Shown piece after piece: positions 8,534-18,317 of a stretch of DNA of 64,000 nt; within the stretch, counting starts at the first letter, position 1; every line of letters begins with the position of its first letter. The stretch spans positions 577 through 64,576 of the forward strand of contig JBDHFN010000004.1 in NCBI GenBank assembly GCA_039590375.1, in the 5' to 3' direction. The position numbers and the translations under genes are program-made. The notes under the pieces are model-generated. The model did not search any database and had not been told where the DNA came from. It saw only the letters and a list, made by a program, of their open reading frames with translations. This stretch comes from Gemmatimonadota bacterium. Lineage in GTDB: Bacteria > Gemmatimonadota > Gemmatimonadetes > Longimicrobiales > Gaopeijiaceae.

Positions 8534-9721
8534 CTAGTTCCGAGGGGGTCCGTCTAGATCTTCTATGGTGGCGTTGGACGGCCCGCGCCGCTCCTGGATT
8601 CGCGCCGCTACGTTCTCGGCCGCGCTCCAGGCACGGAGGACGTTCGCTCCAGCAAGCTTCGAGAGATCGTCCTCGCTCCAGCCGCGTCGCGAGAGTTCGG
8701 CGAGGAGCGCCGGAAACTTCGACACGTCCTCGAGCCCCTCGGGGGGCGGATCGGGCTCCATTCCGTCGAAGTCCGAACCGAGGCCCACGTGGTCGATGCC
8801 GGCCACATCCCGCACGTACTCGATATGATCCGCCACGTCGACGAGAGTCGCCCACGGTGGGTCCCCCGGCCCCTCATACGTGCGTAGGGCCTCCGACACA
8901 TGCCAGGGGTAGAACACGACCATGACCAGGCCCCCGTTCTCCGGGAGCCGTTGGAGAACCTGATCGGGCACGTTCCTCCGATGGTCGGTCAGCCCCTGCG
9001 CTCCGGAATGGGAGAAGATCACGGGTGCCTCGGCGATATCGAGTACGTCGTTCATCGTCTCGGTGGATGTGTGTGACAGGTCCACCAACATCCCGAGACG
9101 GTTCATCTCCCCCACTACTTCCCTACCAAAAGCCGTCAGTCCCCCATGCTCCGGATCGTCGGTCGCCGAATCGGCCCAGTCGGCATTGCCCGAATGCGTG
9201 AGGGTCATATAGCGCACCCCCAAGTCATAGTAGGCCCGTAGCGCACCGAGAGAGTTCTCGATGGCGTGGCCGCCCTCCATCCCGAGAACCGACCCGATCC
9301 TGCCCGATCGGAAGATCCGCTCGACGTCGGAGGTCGTGTACGCTTGTTCGAACACATCCGGATACGCACGGATCACCTGGCGTGCGATGTCGATCTGCTC
9401 CAACTGGACCCTGGCCGCGCCAACCTCGACAGACTCCATGTCGACGTAGACCGACCAGAATTGGGCGCCCACCATTCCGGCTCTCAGGCGTGCGATGTCC
9501 GTATGGCCTGGAGTCGTGCGTCGCAGGTCGTACGCCTGCACGCCGTGTGGATCACCCTCCTGTTCACGGATGGCCCAGGGAAGATCGTTGTGGCCGTCGA
9601 AGAGAGGCGTCGAGGAGAGGACCCGCCGTACCCTCTCGACGTGCTCGTCGTCCTGGGCACAGGCGGAACTGGCGGTCATCAGAGCCAGAGCGAGGGCGAG
9701 CCAAGCGGATCTGCTACCCAT
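8534..9721 (-). CDS. Membrane dipeptidase (peptidase family M19)
   Basis: Signal peptide. Hallmark FDGHNDLPWAIRE and later HSGNADW / DLSH / FSHS / GSDFDG metal-ligand blocks. Confidence 0.9.
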   Translation of the reverse strand: MGSRSAWLALALALMTASSACAQDDEHVERVRRVLSSTPLFDGHNDLPWAIREQEGDPHGVQAYDLRRTTPGHTDIARLRAGMVGAQFWSVYVDMESVEVGAARVQLEQIDIARQVIRAYPDVFEQAYTTSDVERIFRSGRIGSVLGMEGGHAIENSLGALRAYYDLGVRYMTLTHSGNADWADSATDDPEHGGLTAFGREVVGEMNRLGMLVDLSHTSTETMNDVLDIAEAPVIFSHSGAQGLTDHRRNVPDQVLQRLPENGGLVMVVFYPWHVSEALRTYEGPGDPPWATLVDVADHIEYVRDVAGIDHVGLGSDFDGMEPDPPPEGLEDVSKFPALLAELSRRGWSEDDLSKLAGANVLRAWSAAENVAARIQERRGPSNATIEDLDGPPRN

Positions 9722-9773
9722 CTGTAAGCGACCCCACTTTGGGCGGTCCCACCCAAGGGTTCCGAGAAAATTC

Positions 9774-9806
9774 GAGAGGCCGGAACCACGCGGGTCCCGG
9801 CCTCTC
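9774..9806 (-). terminator. Putative intrinsic terminator (minus strand)
   Basis: 10-bp stem GAGAGGCCGG / CCGGCCTCTC with a 13-nt loop. On the minus strand it is followed by GAATTTTCTC. Lies about 77 nt downstream of the 9883 stop. Confidence 0.45.
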
Positions 9807-9882
9807 GTAACGTACCAGGGGGGAATTATTGAAGCCCAGGGACACTGTAAGGTGACCTCCTCTCGAATTCCGCCTTCCCTTT

Positions 9883-10164
9883 TCAGGGCGTGACGTGGGA
9901 CGAAAGAGCCGGTCCCGGCTTCACGGGTGTTGGCTCAATAAACGAGCCCCCCAGTACGCACCGCTGAATATAGGCCACCGTCTCCAAGACTGTCCAGCCG
10001 ATACATCGTGGATGACCCCCATCTTTTGCCATCATTTCCACCTCGACTTGGATATTTTTTGCCGCTGTCATCACAATTTGCCCAACCCTGAGGGGCCATA
10101 GCTGAGGCGCGCCACCAGCACGCCATCCCACTAACGTGTTGTTGTACAACAGCTTATGACCCAT
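9883..10164 (-). CDS. Hypothetical small protein (orphan) in the lower-GC patch
   Basis: ATG is preceded by an SD-like AAGAGG. It overlaps the stop of the upstream minus-strand ORF by 11 nt (translational coupling). A minus-strand hairpin lies downstream. No recognisable domain. Confidence 0.4.
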   Translation of the reverse strand: MGHKLLYNNTLVGWRAGGAPQLWPLRVGQIVMTAAKNIQVEVEMMAKDGGHPRCIGWTVLETVAYIQRCVLGGSFIEPTPVKPGPALSSHVTP

Positions 10165-10705
10165 TCACCTCTTTCGATCGTCGCTCGAATCCAAACGGCA
10201 CAGGACTTGTCGTAAAGAGATCGCTAATCACCAAGGAATCTTTCTCGATCGAAAAGGCCTCATCGACATGAGAACTCGAGTTCACGCAGACGGTTTTCTG
10301 GACATCTCCGACCGCCGGAGGGTTCGCACACCCGGTAATCACGAGGTACGTGTGGACCCCGCGCCGGACGCGGAAGCCCTCGCTTTCCTTCTTTCGCACA
10401 CCTTTCCGGGCCATCGGAAGATCGTTCGATCCATGACGGTTTCCGACCGGAAGCAGATCCAGCTCGCGATGTGGGCCGATTCTGTAAGTGAGCGAATGGG
10501 CCTCGTGGACCGGATCTGGCGCCGCATCACTGAACCGATCGCCCCGGGCAAGACTTCGAACCGGCCGAAATTGGTGCAAGTGGTCCGCTACGGAACCTCC
10601 TGGGCTTACCCGCTCTACTTGGACGGCTCCGTCACGCGGGTACTCCCCCACGGTGGCGTGCCCGCTCCAGTCACGAACAAAGAACTCGGGAAGAAGCAAC
10701 TTCAC
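10154..10705 (-). CDS. Hypothetical protein (orphan); start and strand uncertain
   Basis: 183-codon ORF with a GTG start at 10705, or ATG at 10414. It competes with the plus-strand ORF 10268..10726, whose 3' half has higher third-position GC. No recognisable domain. Confidence 0.3.
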   Translation of the reverse strand: MKLLLPEFFVRDWSGHATVGEYPRDGAVQVERVSPGGSVADHLHQFRPVRSLARGDRFSDAAPDPVHEAHSLTYRIGPHRELDLLPVGNRHGSNDLPMARKGVRKKESEGFRVRRGVHTYLVITGCANPPAVGDVQKTVCVNSSSHVDEAFSIEKDSLVISDLFTTSPVPFGFERRSKEVNGS

Positions 10706-10894
10706 TTCAATCTGAAGAGTGCCTGAGCTGGGTTCTTGAGCTGGGTCAGCGACTGAGCCGGTCTCAGCATCTTAGCCCGGCGTGTCGGCTGCGTCATCAC
10801 CGTGACCACCTCCCTCGAGGCAAGGGTTGTCGGTTGCGAATGGCCAGTTCGGCGCGTCGGGTGACTTTTTTTCGGGGGCCGAATCCCCGGGGCA

Positions 10895-12289
10895 TCAACT
10901 CCCAGGCAGTCCCGGTTCGGTCATGGCCCGGACGTCGAGCGCCCCATCGATCTCCTCGGGGGTGAGCAACCCCTTCCTCTCCACGACATCGCGGACTGAA
11001 ATCCCCTCCCGGGCGGCCTCCTTGGCCACCTCCGTCGCCTTGTCGTAACCGATGGAGGGGTTGAGCGCGGTGGCGATGGACGGGTTCTTCTCGAGAAGCT
11101 CCTTCGCTCGTGGCTCATTGGCAGCGATGCCCACGACGCATCGGTCGGCGAACGTCATCGCCACGTTGGAGAGCAACGTGATGGACTCGAGGAGCGACTG
11201 AGCGAGGACCGGCATCATCACGTTTAGCTCGAAATTGCCCCGCTGGCCCGCGATGGTCACGGTGGTATGGTTCCCCATCACACGTGCAGCCACCATCATC
11301 ATCGCTTCGCACATCACGGGATTCACTTTCCCGGGCATGATCGAGCTACCCGGCTGAACCGCGGGAAGCCGGATCTCCGAAATGCCGGACGTCGGTCCGC
11401 TCGCCAACCATCTCACGTCATCGGCGATCTTGAAGAAGCTCGTGGCTATCGTATTCAGGGCACCCGCCGCGCTCACGGCGGCGTCCTTGGCGGCCTGCGC
11501 CTCGAAGTGGTTCTCGGCTTCGTAGAACTCCAGGTCGAGTTCCTCCGACACCAGCGCGATGGCGCGCTTGGCGAACTCTGGATCGGTATTGATGCCGGTT
11601 CCCACCGCGGTTCCACCGAGCGCCACCTCGGCAAGCTCCTGCGACGCCCGGGAGACCCGATCGATTCCCTTCGTCATTTGGTGCGCGTAACCACCGAACT
11701 GCTGACCGAGTCGCACAGGAGTGGCATCCATCAGGTGGGTCCGGCCGGACTTGACCACATGATCGAACGCCTCGGCCTTCGATTGGAGCGCATCCCGCAG
11801 ATGGGTGAGCGCCGGAATGAGCTCGCGCTCGATCGCCACGCGCGCCGCGATGTGGATGGCCGACGGGATGAGGTCGTTGGACGACTGCCCGAAGTTGACA
11901 TGATCGTTGGGATGCACCGACCCGTCGTTCCCGACAATCTGGCTCGCGCGGTGAGCCACGACTTCATTTGCATTCATGTTCGTCGAAGTGCCCGACCCGG
12001 TCTGATAGATATCCACGACGAACTCATCATCCCAGTCACCCGCCGCCACCTCTTCCGACGCCGCGGCGATGGCCTCGGCGATTCCTTGGTCGAGGTGGCC
12101 GAGCTCCTGATTGGTGAGCGCCGCGGCTTTCTTCAGCAGACCGAGAGCCTGGATGAAACCTCGCCCGAAACGCTGGCCGCTGACGGGGAAATTCTCGACC
12201 GCCCGCTGAGTCTGCGCGCCGTACAACGCGTCAGAGGGTACGCGGACCTCGCCGAGAGAGTCCTTCTCCGTTCGATAGCCGTCCGACAT
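10895..12289 (-). CDS. fumC: Class II fumarate hydratase
   Basis: 464 aa. Signature GSSIMPGKVNP and typical N-terminus YRTEKDSLGEVRVPSDALYGAQTQRA. Confidence 0.95.
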   Translation of the reverse strand: MSDGYRTEKDSLGEVRVPSDALYGAQTQRAVENFPVSGQRFGRGFIQALGLLKKAAALTNQELGHLDQGIAEAIAAASEEVAAGDWDDEFVVDIYQTGSGTSTNMNANEVVAHRASQIVGNDGSVHPNDHVNFGQSSNDLIPSAIHIAARVAIERELIPALTHLRDALQSKAEAFDHVVKSGRTHLMDATPVRLGQQFGGYAHQMTKGIDRVSRASQELAEVALGGTAVGTGINTDPEFAKRAIALVSEELDLEFYEAENHFEAQAAKDAAVSAAGALNTIATSFFKIADDVRWLASGPTSGISEIRLPAVQPGSSIMPGKVNPVMCEAMMMVAARVMGNHTTVTIAGQRGNFELNVMMPVLAQSLLESITLLSNVAMTFADRCVVGIAANEPRAKELLEKNPSIATALNPSIGYDKATEVAKEAAREGISVRDVVERKGLLTPEEIDGALDVRAMTEPGLPGS

Positions 12290-12344
12290 GGCTGCCTCAT
12301 TCGTTGTGGGGTCATACGAAATCTAGCTCAGTTCTTGATCTAGC

Positions 12345-13079
12345 CTACTTCTTCGGCGGACGGCTGGGCCGCATCTCCACCCGACTGACGTGGGCATTGT
12401 CCGGGTAGGACAAAAGATGGAGCACGGCCGAGGCGACGTCGTCCGGGCCCAGAGCCCAGTCCCGCCCAGATTGGGGGTAGTCCCCGCCGAAGCGCGTGTT
12501 CACGCTCCCGGGCATCACCATGCTCACGCGGATTCCCGACTGCCGAAGATCGAGCATCATGGCCTCCGTCATTCCCAAGAGCCCGAACTTGCTCGCGTTG
12601 TAGCCACTGCCACCCGCGAAGGGATTGCGGCCCGCTAGCGATCCGATGTTGATGATCCATCCTTCGTTCGACTCGAGGTGCGGTACGGCGGCCTTGGAGC
12701 AACAGAACACGCCCCTGAGGTTCGTATCGATCTGGGTCTGCCAGTCCTCCACGGACAGGTCTTCGATGGACTGGAGGATCCCCACCCCGGCGTTGTTCAC
12801 CAGAACGTCCAGGCGCCCCAAGGCCCCCACTGCCTCCTGGACAAGGCGCAGGCAGTCCTCGGGACGGGACACATCGGCTGCGATACCGACCACACGCCCG
12901 GTCGAAGCGGCGTCCACTTCCCCGGCAACTCGCTCGACGTCCGACGGGGTCCGCGCGCTGATCACCACATCCGCCCCTGCTGCCGCGAGGGCCTCGGCTA
13001 TGGCGTATCCGATGCCCTTGGTGGCGCCGGTCACCAGACACACCCTTCCCGTCAAATCCATATCGCTCGTCTCCTCCAA
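12345..13079 (-). CDS. SDR-family short-chain oxidoreductase
   Basis: TGATKGIGYAIA cofactor motif, NNAG, and the YNASK catalytic Tyr/Lys motif. 244 aa. Confidence 0.9.
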   Translation of the reverse strand: MEETSDMDLTGRVCLVTGATKGIGYAIAEALAAAGADVVISARTPSDVERVAGEVDAASTGRVVGIAADVSRPEDCLRLVQEAVGALGRLDVLVNNAGVGILQSIEDLSVEDWQTQIDTNLRGVFCCSKAAVPHLESNEGWIINIGSLAGRNPFAGGSGYNASKFGLLGMTEAMMLDLRQSGIRVSMVMPGSVNTRFGGDYPQSGRDWALGPDDVASAVLHLLSYPDNAHVSRVEMRPSRPPKK

Positions 13080-13124
13080 GACGCCGGACCCCAGGAGTGT
13101 CCCGCCGAGGGGCCGGTAGCGTTC

Positions 13125-14117
13125 TTACTCTAGCCGGGCCGAGGCTCTCTCCGGACCCCCGTGCACCAGCCAACGCTCGGCCTCGAGCGCGGCCATGCAG
13201 CCAGTTCCCGCCGCAGTGACGGCCTGCTTGTAGAAATCGTCCATCACGTCACCGGCGGCGAATACCCCAGAAACGGAAGTGGCTGTGCGCCATGACTTCC
13301 TCGTCTCGATGAAGCCGTTTTCCTTGAGCGCAACCTGGCCGTTCAAGAAACTGGTGTTGGGATCGTGCCCAATCGCGATGAACAGCCCGCCGACGTCGAG
13401 CTGCCGCTCCTCACCGGTGACAGTGTCCCGAAGGAGCACGCCGGTGATCACGTCGTCTCCCAAGACGTCGACCACGGTCTGATTCCACTCGAAACGAATC
13501 TTTTCCTCCCCGAACGCCCTCTCCTGCATGACTTTGCACGCCCGCAACTCTTCGCGCCGATGAATGACGACGACTTCCTTGGCGAACTTCGCCATGTAGA
13601 GAGCTTCCTCCATCGCAGTGTCGCCGCCACCGACGACGGCGACCACCTGGTTCCGGAAGTGAGGGAGCGCACCGTCGCACACCGCGCACGCGGACACGCC
13701 GCCGCCGCTCTGCGCCAAGCGCTCTTCATTCTCGAGTCCTATCCAGTTGGCATTGGCGCCTGTGGCAATCACGACGGTATCGGCCTCGATTTCCGTGCCA
13801 CCGCTGGTCTTCAGTAGGAGTGGACGAACCGAAAAATCCACCTCGGTCACGTCCTCGGTGATCACGCGCGTATCGAACCGCACCGCCTGGGCCTTGAAGC
13901 CCTCCATCATCTCGATGCCCGTAATGCCGTCCGGGAAGCCCGGGTAGTTCTCGACCTCCGTGGTGAACATGAGTTGTCCGCCAGGAATCATCGTGCGGCT
14001 GCCGGCCCCCTCCACGACGAGGGGAGAGAGATCGGCACGAGCCGCGTAAATGGCGGCAGTCCAGGCGGCCGGCCCCGATCCGATGACGACAATTTTTTCG
14101 TGTTGACGCTCAGACAT
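13125..14117 (-). CDS. trxB: Thioredoxin-disulfide reductase
   Basis: VVIGSGPAAWTAAIYAARA FAD motif, CAVCDG redox-active site, VVGGGDTAMEEA NADPH motif. Start taken at the internal ATG (MSERQHEK...) rather than the track start. Confidence 0.92.
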   Translation of the reverse strand: MSERQHEKIVVIGSGPAAWTAAIYAARADLSPLVVEGAGSRTMIPGGQLMFTTEVENYPGFPDGITGIEMMEGFKAQAVRFDTRVITEDVTEVDFSVRPLLLKTSGGTEIEADTVVIATGANANWIGLENEERLAQSGGGVSACAVCDGALPHFRNQVVAVVGGGDTAMEEALYMAKFAKEVVVIHRREELRACKVMQERAFGEEKIRFEWNQTVVDVLGDDVITGVLLRDTVTGEERQLDVGGLFIAIGHDPNTSFLNGQVALKENGFIETRKSWRTATSVSGVFAAGDVMDDFYKQAVTAAGTGCMAALEAERWLVHGGPERASARLE

Positions 14118-14460
14118 AGTCCAGTCTATTGGCAGTGAGTAAAGGTCTCGGTCCCCGCCAGAGCGGAGGATCCATTTCCAGCCATCTAATCCGTGGGGGT
14201 TCCCGACGCCGGGAGAAGTCCCGTGTGCACCCACCCTACCTACTTGTTTTTTTCAGGTCGAGCCGCCCGCCCATCCCTGGGGCGATCCATCGAATTAGGG
14301 GCGAAGGCCCTCAAGAATAACCCCCGGTCGAAGCACTTCCAACCGGACGAGAGGCCTCCTGAAGAAGTACAGTGGGTCGCTCACGGGCGTCTTGCGGAGC
14401 ACAGAGTAGGAACGACGAGGAGGGATGCCGTACCATCGCTGACGAGGAGACGCTTCTCCG

Positions 14461-14913
14461 TCAGAATAGTGCGTCCGCTTCGCCCGAGCTCAGTACGTCC
14501 GCCGCCCGTACCACGACCTCCCGAGCATTATCGTACGCCACCGTCGCGATGGCCTCCGTCACGGGAAGCCATAGGCACTCGGTGATCCCTTCAGACACCT
14601 CCGGGCTCGCGTCTCCGTCCGCAGAAGCCATGAGGAAGTAGTCGCAGAACTTGTGCACGAGATCGCCCTTCAGCCTGAAGTACCAATCGATCGTACCGAG
14701 TGAAGGACCCGCATCGAGACTCGTCAGGCCAGTCTCTTCACGTACCTCTCGCAACGCGGCCTCACGAGAGCTCTCACCATTCTCGACGTGGCCCTTGGGA
14801 AGCCCCCACTTACCGTAGGGATCACGAATCAACAGCAGATGCACGGCCCCATCCATGAACCGGGCGACCACGCCGCCCGAGCTGTGTTCGATTCTGGCCT
14901 TCGGCTTTGTCAC
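14461..14913 (-). CDS. NUDIX hydrolase
   Basis: NUDIX box GKWGLPKGHVENGESSREAALREVREETGL. Confidence 0.88.
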   Translation of the reverse strand: MTKPKARIEHSSGGVVARFMDGAVHLLLIRDPYGKWGLPKGHVENGESSREAALREVREETGLTSLDAGPSLGTIDWYFRLKGDLVHKFCDYFLMASADGDASPEVSEGITECLWLPVTEAIATVAYDNAREVVVRAADVLSSGEADALF

Positions 14914-14930
14914 AGGGCGGGAATCCCTAA

Positions 14931-15926
14931 TCAGAAAATCGAGAGACGGACGTACCTCCGTGGGTTCGCCCGAACATCCTCCATGAGAAGGTTCAACTCC
15001 TCGACGAGGCTTTCGGCACGACTCGCAAACAGGGTATCGGAAATCAGCCGTCCAAGCGATCCCTCGGCGTTTTCAAGATTGTTCGTGATACGATTCAGAG
15101 AAAGGAACGTCGAGTCCGCCAGGTTCAGGGTTCTGGAAAGACTTTGCGAGGCCTCTGCGATATCCCCAGAGACGCCGCGAAGCTCGGCGGTGATCACCCT
15201 CGTGTTCACGAAGATCGAATCCACGTCACCGGAGGCGAGTAGCGCCTCGATCCGCTCCAGCGACTGGCGCGCCGTCGACAATACCAGCGAGATCTCGGAG
15301 GTCGAAGTCTGTACGTCCTCGGCGATTCCGATAAACTGATCTGATTGCTCGTCGACGAAGCGGGATAGAGTCGCCGTGAACTCCTCCATGTTGTCGATGG
15401 CCTGCGAGATCTGGTTCAACGCGCGGTCGAAACGATCCGTGAGAGACGCCACATTCTGGGCGACTTCGTCCGCAACGGCAGTCAGGCGGGAGAGATCCGG
15501 AAGCATGTATCCGCCCAGCACCCGAACGCCGTCCTGGAGCCGGGCATCCGCAGGAACCTCATAGTAATCGTACAGAGGAAACCGAGACCGCGTCACGATT
15601 TCGGCCTGCCAGTCCCCGAACAGGGATTCGGGAGCGATCACCACGACCGCATCATCCGCCAGAAGCCCATCCCCCTCGAGCAGCAGCGAGACTCGGACGG
15701 CGGCGCCACCCTCATCGAGAGAGATGTCGCCTACTCGACCGATGTTCACACCCCTCGACGTCACCGCGTTGCCGACGGAAAGCTGGCCGACATCCCTCAT
15801 CAATACGTGGACCTCGGTCTGCACGCTCCCGAACCGCCTGCCCTGGAGCCAGAACGTTCCGAACACCCCGACAACGATCCCCACCAGAACGATCGAGCCG
15901 GCCAGCAACTCCTCGCGGCGCTTCAA
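14931..15926 (-). CDS. mlaD: MlaD/MCE-domain protein
   Basis: N-terminal TM followed by an MCE-like domain, then a long helical C-terminus. 4-nt overlap with the upstream ABC ATPase gene. Confidence 0.85.
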   Translation of the reverse strand: MKRREELLAGSIVLVGIVVGVFGTFWLQGRRFGSVQTEVHVLMRDVGQLSVGNAVTSRGVNIGRVGDISLDEGGAAVRVSLLLEGDGLLADDAVVVIAPESLFGDWQAEIVTRSRFPLYDYYEVPADARLQDGVRVLGGYMLPDLSRLTAVADEVAQNVASLTDRFDRALNQISQAIDNMEEFTATLSRFVDEQSDQFIGIAEDVQTSTSEISLVLSTARQSLERIEALLASGDVDSIFVNTRVITAELRGVSGDIAEASQSLSRTLNLADSTFLSLNRITNNLENAEGSLGRLISDTLFASRAESLVEELNLLMEDVRANPRRYVRLSIF

Positions 15927-16672
15927 GAAGCCCTCTCCGCCAGCTCGGGCAGTCCTTCGATGAACGACCTGAGCAGGGGATCAGCCGACTCCCTGATCTC
16001 GTCTACCGTCCCGATGATCCGGATTCGGCCGTCATGGAGCATCGCAATCCGGTCGGAAATCCGGTAGGCACTTTCCATATCGTGCGTGATGACGACACCC
16101 GTCACACCGAGTTCCTCCTTCATCCGAACAATCAGCCGGTCGATCACAGTCACGGTGACTGGATCCAATCCCGTCGTCGGCTCATCATAAAGCAAGTACT
16201 TCGGTCTCGTGGCGATGGCCCGGGCGAGCCCGGCCCGCTTCAACATCCCACCGGACAACTGGGATGGATACCGGTCTTCGACCCCCTCCAGATCGACGAG
16301 CGCGAGACACTCGCGCACACGTGAGTCGATCTCCTCTTCATACATCCCGGGTATGCGACGAAGCCCCATCGCGACATTGTCCGCGATGTTCATGGAGTCG
16401 AAGAGGGCGGCGAACTGAAAGACGTAGCCGATGCCACGGCGGAGTTGGCTGAGTTCCTGGATGTCGAGCTCACTGAGGTTCTGGCCGTCCACGATGACGT
16501 CGCCGGAGTCGGGGCGAATCAGCCCGACAATGTGTTTTAGGACCACGGACTTGCCGGCTCCGGAAAACCCGATGACGCTGAGCGTTTCCCCGTCCCGGAC
16601 CTCGAGATCCAGGCCCCGGAGGACTCGGTTCAGTCCGAACGACCGATGAACGTCCCGGAGAACGATGCTCAT
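15923..16672 (-). CDS. mlaF: ABC transporter ATP-binding protein (MlaF-like)
   Basis: Walker A GFSGAGKS, signature LSGGMLKRAGLA, Walker B LLYDEPTTGLD. Start at the internal ATG (MSIVLRDV...) overlaps the permease stop as ATGA. Confidence 0.9.
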   Translation of the reverse strand: MSIVLRDVHRSFGLNRVLRGLDLEVRDGETLSVIGFSGAGKSVVLKHIVGLIRPDSGDVIVDGQNLSELDIQELSQLRRGIGYVFQFAALFDSMNIADNVAMGLRRIPGMYEEEIDSRVRECLALVDLEGVEDRYPSQLSGGMLKRAGLARAIATRPKYLLYDEPTTGLDPVTVTVIDRLIVRMKEELGVTGVVITHDMESAYRISDRIAMLHDGRIRIIGTVDEIRESADPLLRSFIEGLPELAERAS

Positions 16673-17451
16673 AGTAGAACCACCGCCCAAAACGCGTCGA
16701 GAACAAGGATCAGCATGCTCGACAGGACCACCGCCCTGGTCGTGGCCACGCCGACGCCCCCTGCTCCACCCTTCGCGTGGAAGCCATAAAATGACCCGAC
16801 GCTGGTAACGATGATCCCGAAGCTCAGGCTCTTGATGGCCGCGAACTGGACGTCCCACGGCTCGAAGAAGAGCCGGAGGCCCCGGACGAAGTCGGCCGTG
16901 GACATGTCGAGGAGGGTGAGCGAGGCCGACCACCCCGCGAGAATCCCCATCGCCGAAGCCAGCACGATCACGACCGGAAACATGAACGCGCCGGCGAGCA
17001 CACGCGGCACGACCAGATAGGCCAACGGATCGTACGCGAGTGTCTCCAGGGCGTCGATCTGCTCGGTCACCCGCATGGTCCCTATCTCAGCGGCCGTGCT
17101 GGCGCCCACCCGTCCGGCTAGAGAGAGCCCGGTGAGCACCGGGCCCAACTCGAGGATCATCGACTTCCCCACCATTGCTCCGACCAGGTATATGGGGACG
17201 GCTCCGGTCAGGGTGTAGGAAGCCTGGAGCGCCAGAACGATGCCGGTGAAAGTCGCAATGAAGAGCGCGATCGGGACGGACGCCACGCCCACGCTGACCA
17301 GCTGTGTCGCGACGCGCGGGCGCCAAACTTCGACGTTCCTGAGCGCACGCAGCGCCCCCGTGGTCAGGTAGCCGGCTTTTCCAAGCGATCGAACGCTGTT
17401 GATCGACCAGCGGCCCAGGTACTGAACCGGGGTCAACACGTAACCGTTCAT
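16669..17451 (-). CDS. mlaE: MlaE-family ABC transporter permease
   Basis: 260 aa, multi-TM. Conserved GRVGASTAAEIGTMRVTEQIDALE block typical of MlaE/Ttg2B. Confidence 0.9.
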   Translation of the reverse strand: MNGYVLTPVQYLGRWSINSVRSLGKAGYLTTGALRALRNVEVWRPRVATQLVSVGVASVPIALFIATFTGIVLALQASYTLTGAVPIYLVGAMVGKSMILELGPVLTGLSLAGRVGASTAAEIGTMRVTEQIDALETLAYDPLAYLVVPRVLAGAFMFPVVIVLASAMGILAGWSASLTLLDMSTADFVRGLRLFFEPWDVQFAAIKSLSFGIIVTSVGSFYGFHAKGGAGGVGVATTRAVVLSSMLILVLDAFWAVVLL

Positions 17452-17522
17452 GACTCAAAGATAGCCAGGGCTCGAACCGGGGGACCAGCTTCGTGTCGAG
17501 GTTAGGAGTATGGCCTTCAGCC

Positions 17523-17873
17523 TTAAGGAGCCGGTACGCTGTCCTCGAGGGTGTAGATCACTTCCTCTGAGCCACCGTCCCCCGTAGGGATCATACACGT
17601 GACCTGGATCCGGTGGACGTGTCCGTGGGGATCCGACACGGCGACTTCCATGTCCAGTCCCTGTCCCTGCGAAACGATCCTCGTGCGGACCTTTTCGGAG
17701 GGTGCTTCCCTTCTGCGCGACGTTGGGTTTCGGAAGAGCGTCTTAGTGGACTGGCGCCCACTGTCCAGGGTACGCGTGACCTTGACCAACCGTAGCCAAT
17801 CAGGCTGATAGTTGAGCTGGTACTCGTACCCCTGCTGATCCGCCCCCCTACCCTCCCGGTTGTGCCGCCCCAT
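17523..17873 (-). CDS. Hypothetical protein (116 aa)
   Basis: Third-position GC is high in this frame by hand check. No recognisable motif. Divergent from rho. Confidence 0.5.
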   Translation of the reverse strand: MGRHNREGRGADQQGYEYQLNYQPDWLRLVKVTRTLDSGRQSTKTLFRNPTSRRREAPSEKVRTRIVSQGQGLDMEVAVSDPHGHVHRIQVTCMIPTGDGGSEEVIYTLEDSVPAP

Positions 17874-18120
17874 ATGACCTCCAAGAAACTACGAAAAAAC
17901 GAGAGGTAAACGAATGTTTATTCCGGAAGCCAAAAATGTCAATGTTCTTGTTTCTCTGGAAGCTGAGAAACCCTGTCCAGGGAACATCTTTCGCACGAAT
18001 CGGCTCCCCCCAAAACCGTCAGATTAGAGCCTCGTCGGCGCCCTCACCGGAGTATTGAAAAAGTTCGAGATCGGAGCTCTCACGACCCCCAGATCTTGGC
18101 GCTTTTGGCCTGAAAAACTC

Positions 18121-18149
18121 TTGACCCCCTCGGTTCCGCTCATTACAAT
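18121..18149 (+). promoter_or_regulatory. Sigma-70-like promoter for rho (TTGACC - 17 nt - TACAAT)
   Basis: TTGACC at 18121-18126, a 17-nt spacer, then TACAAT at 18144-18149. It lies about 170 nt upstream of the rho GTG start. Confidence 0.5.
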
Positions 18150-18317
18150 CGGATCAACTCCCTCACAAACCCCACATGTCTTTCCACGAGTTCCCCCGAC
18201 TCGGAATTCGTCGCACTTCCTCGCAGATCGCAGGCGTGCCACCCTCCATGAATTTTCCAGCCACCTACCCATCGTACCGGCCCCACAGCCGTTAGCGCTC
18301 AAGGCCCGGAGTAGTCC

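Noticed and set aside
17914-18027. 37-codon sORF (MFIPEAKNVNVLVSLEAEK...) with GAGAGG upstream, in the AT-rich rho upstream region
   Set aside because: It is too short to evaluate. It lies upstream of the predicted rho promoter rather than in the leader, and conservation cannot be assessed from this window.
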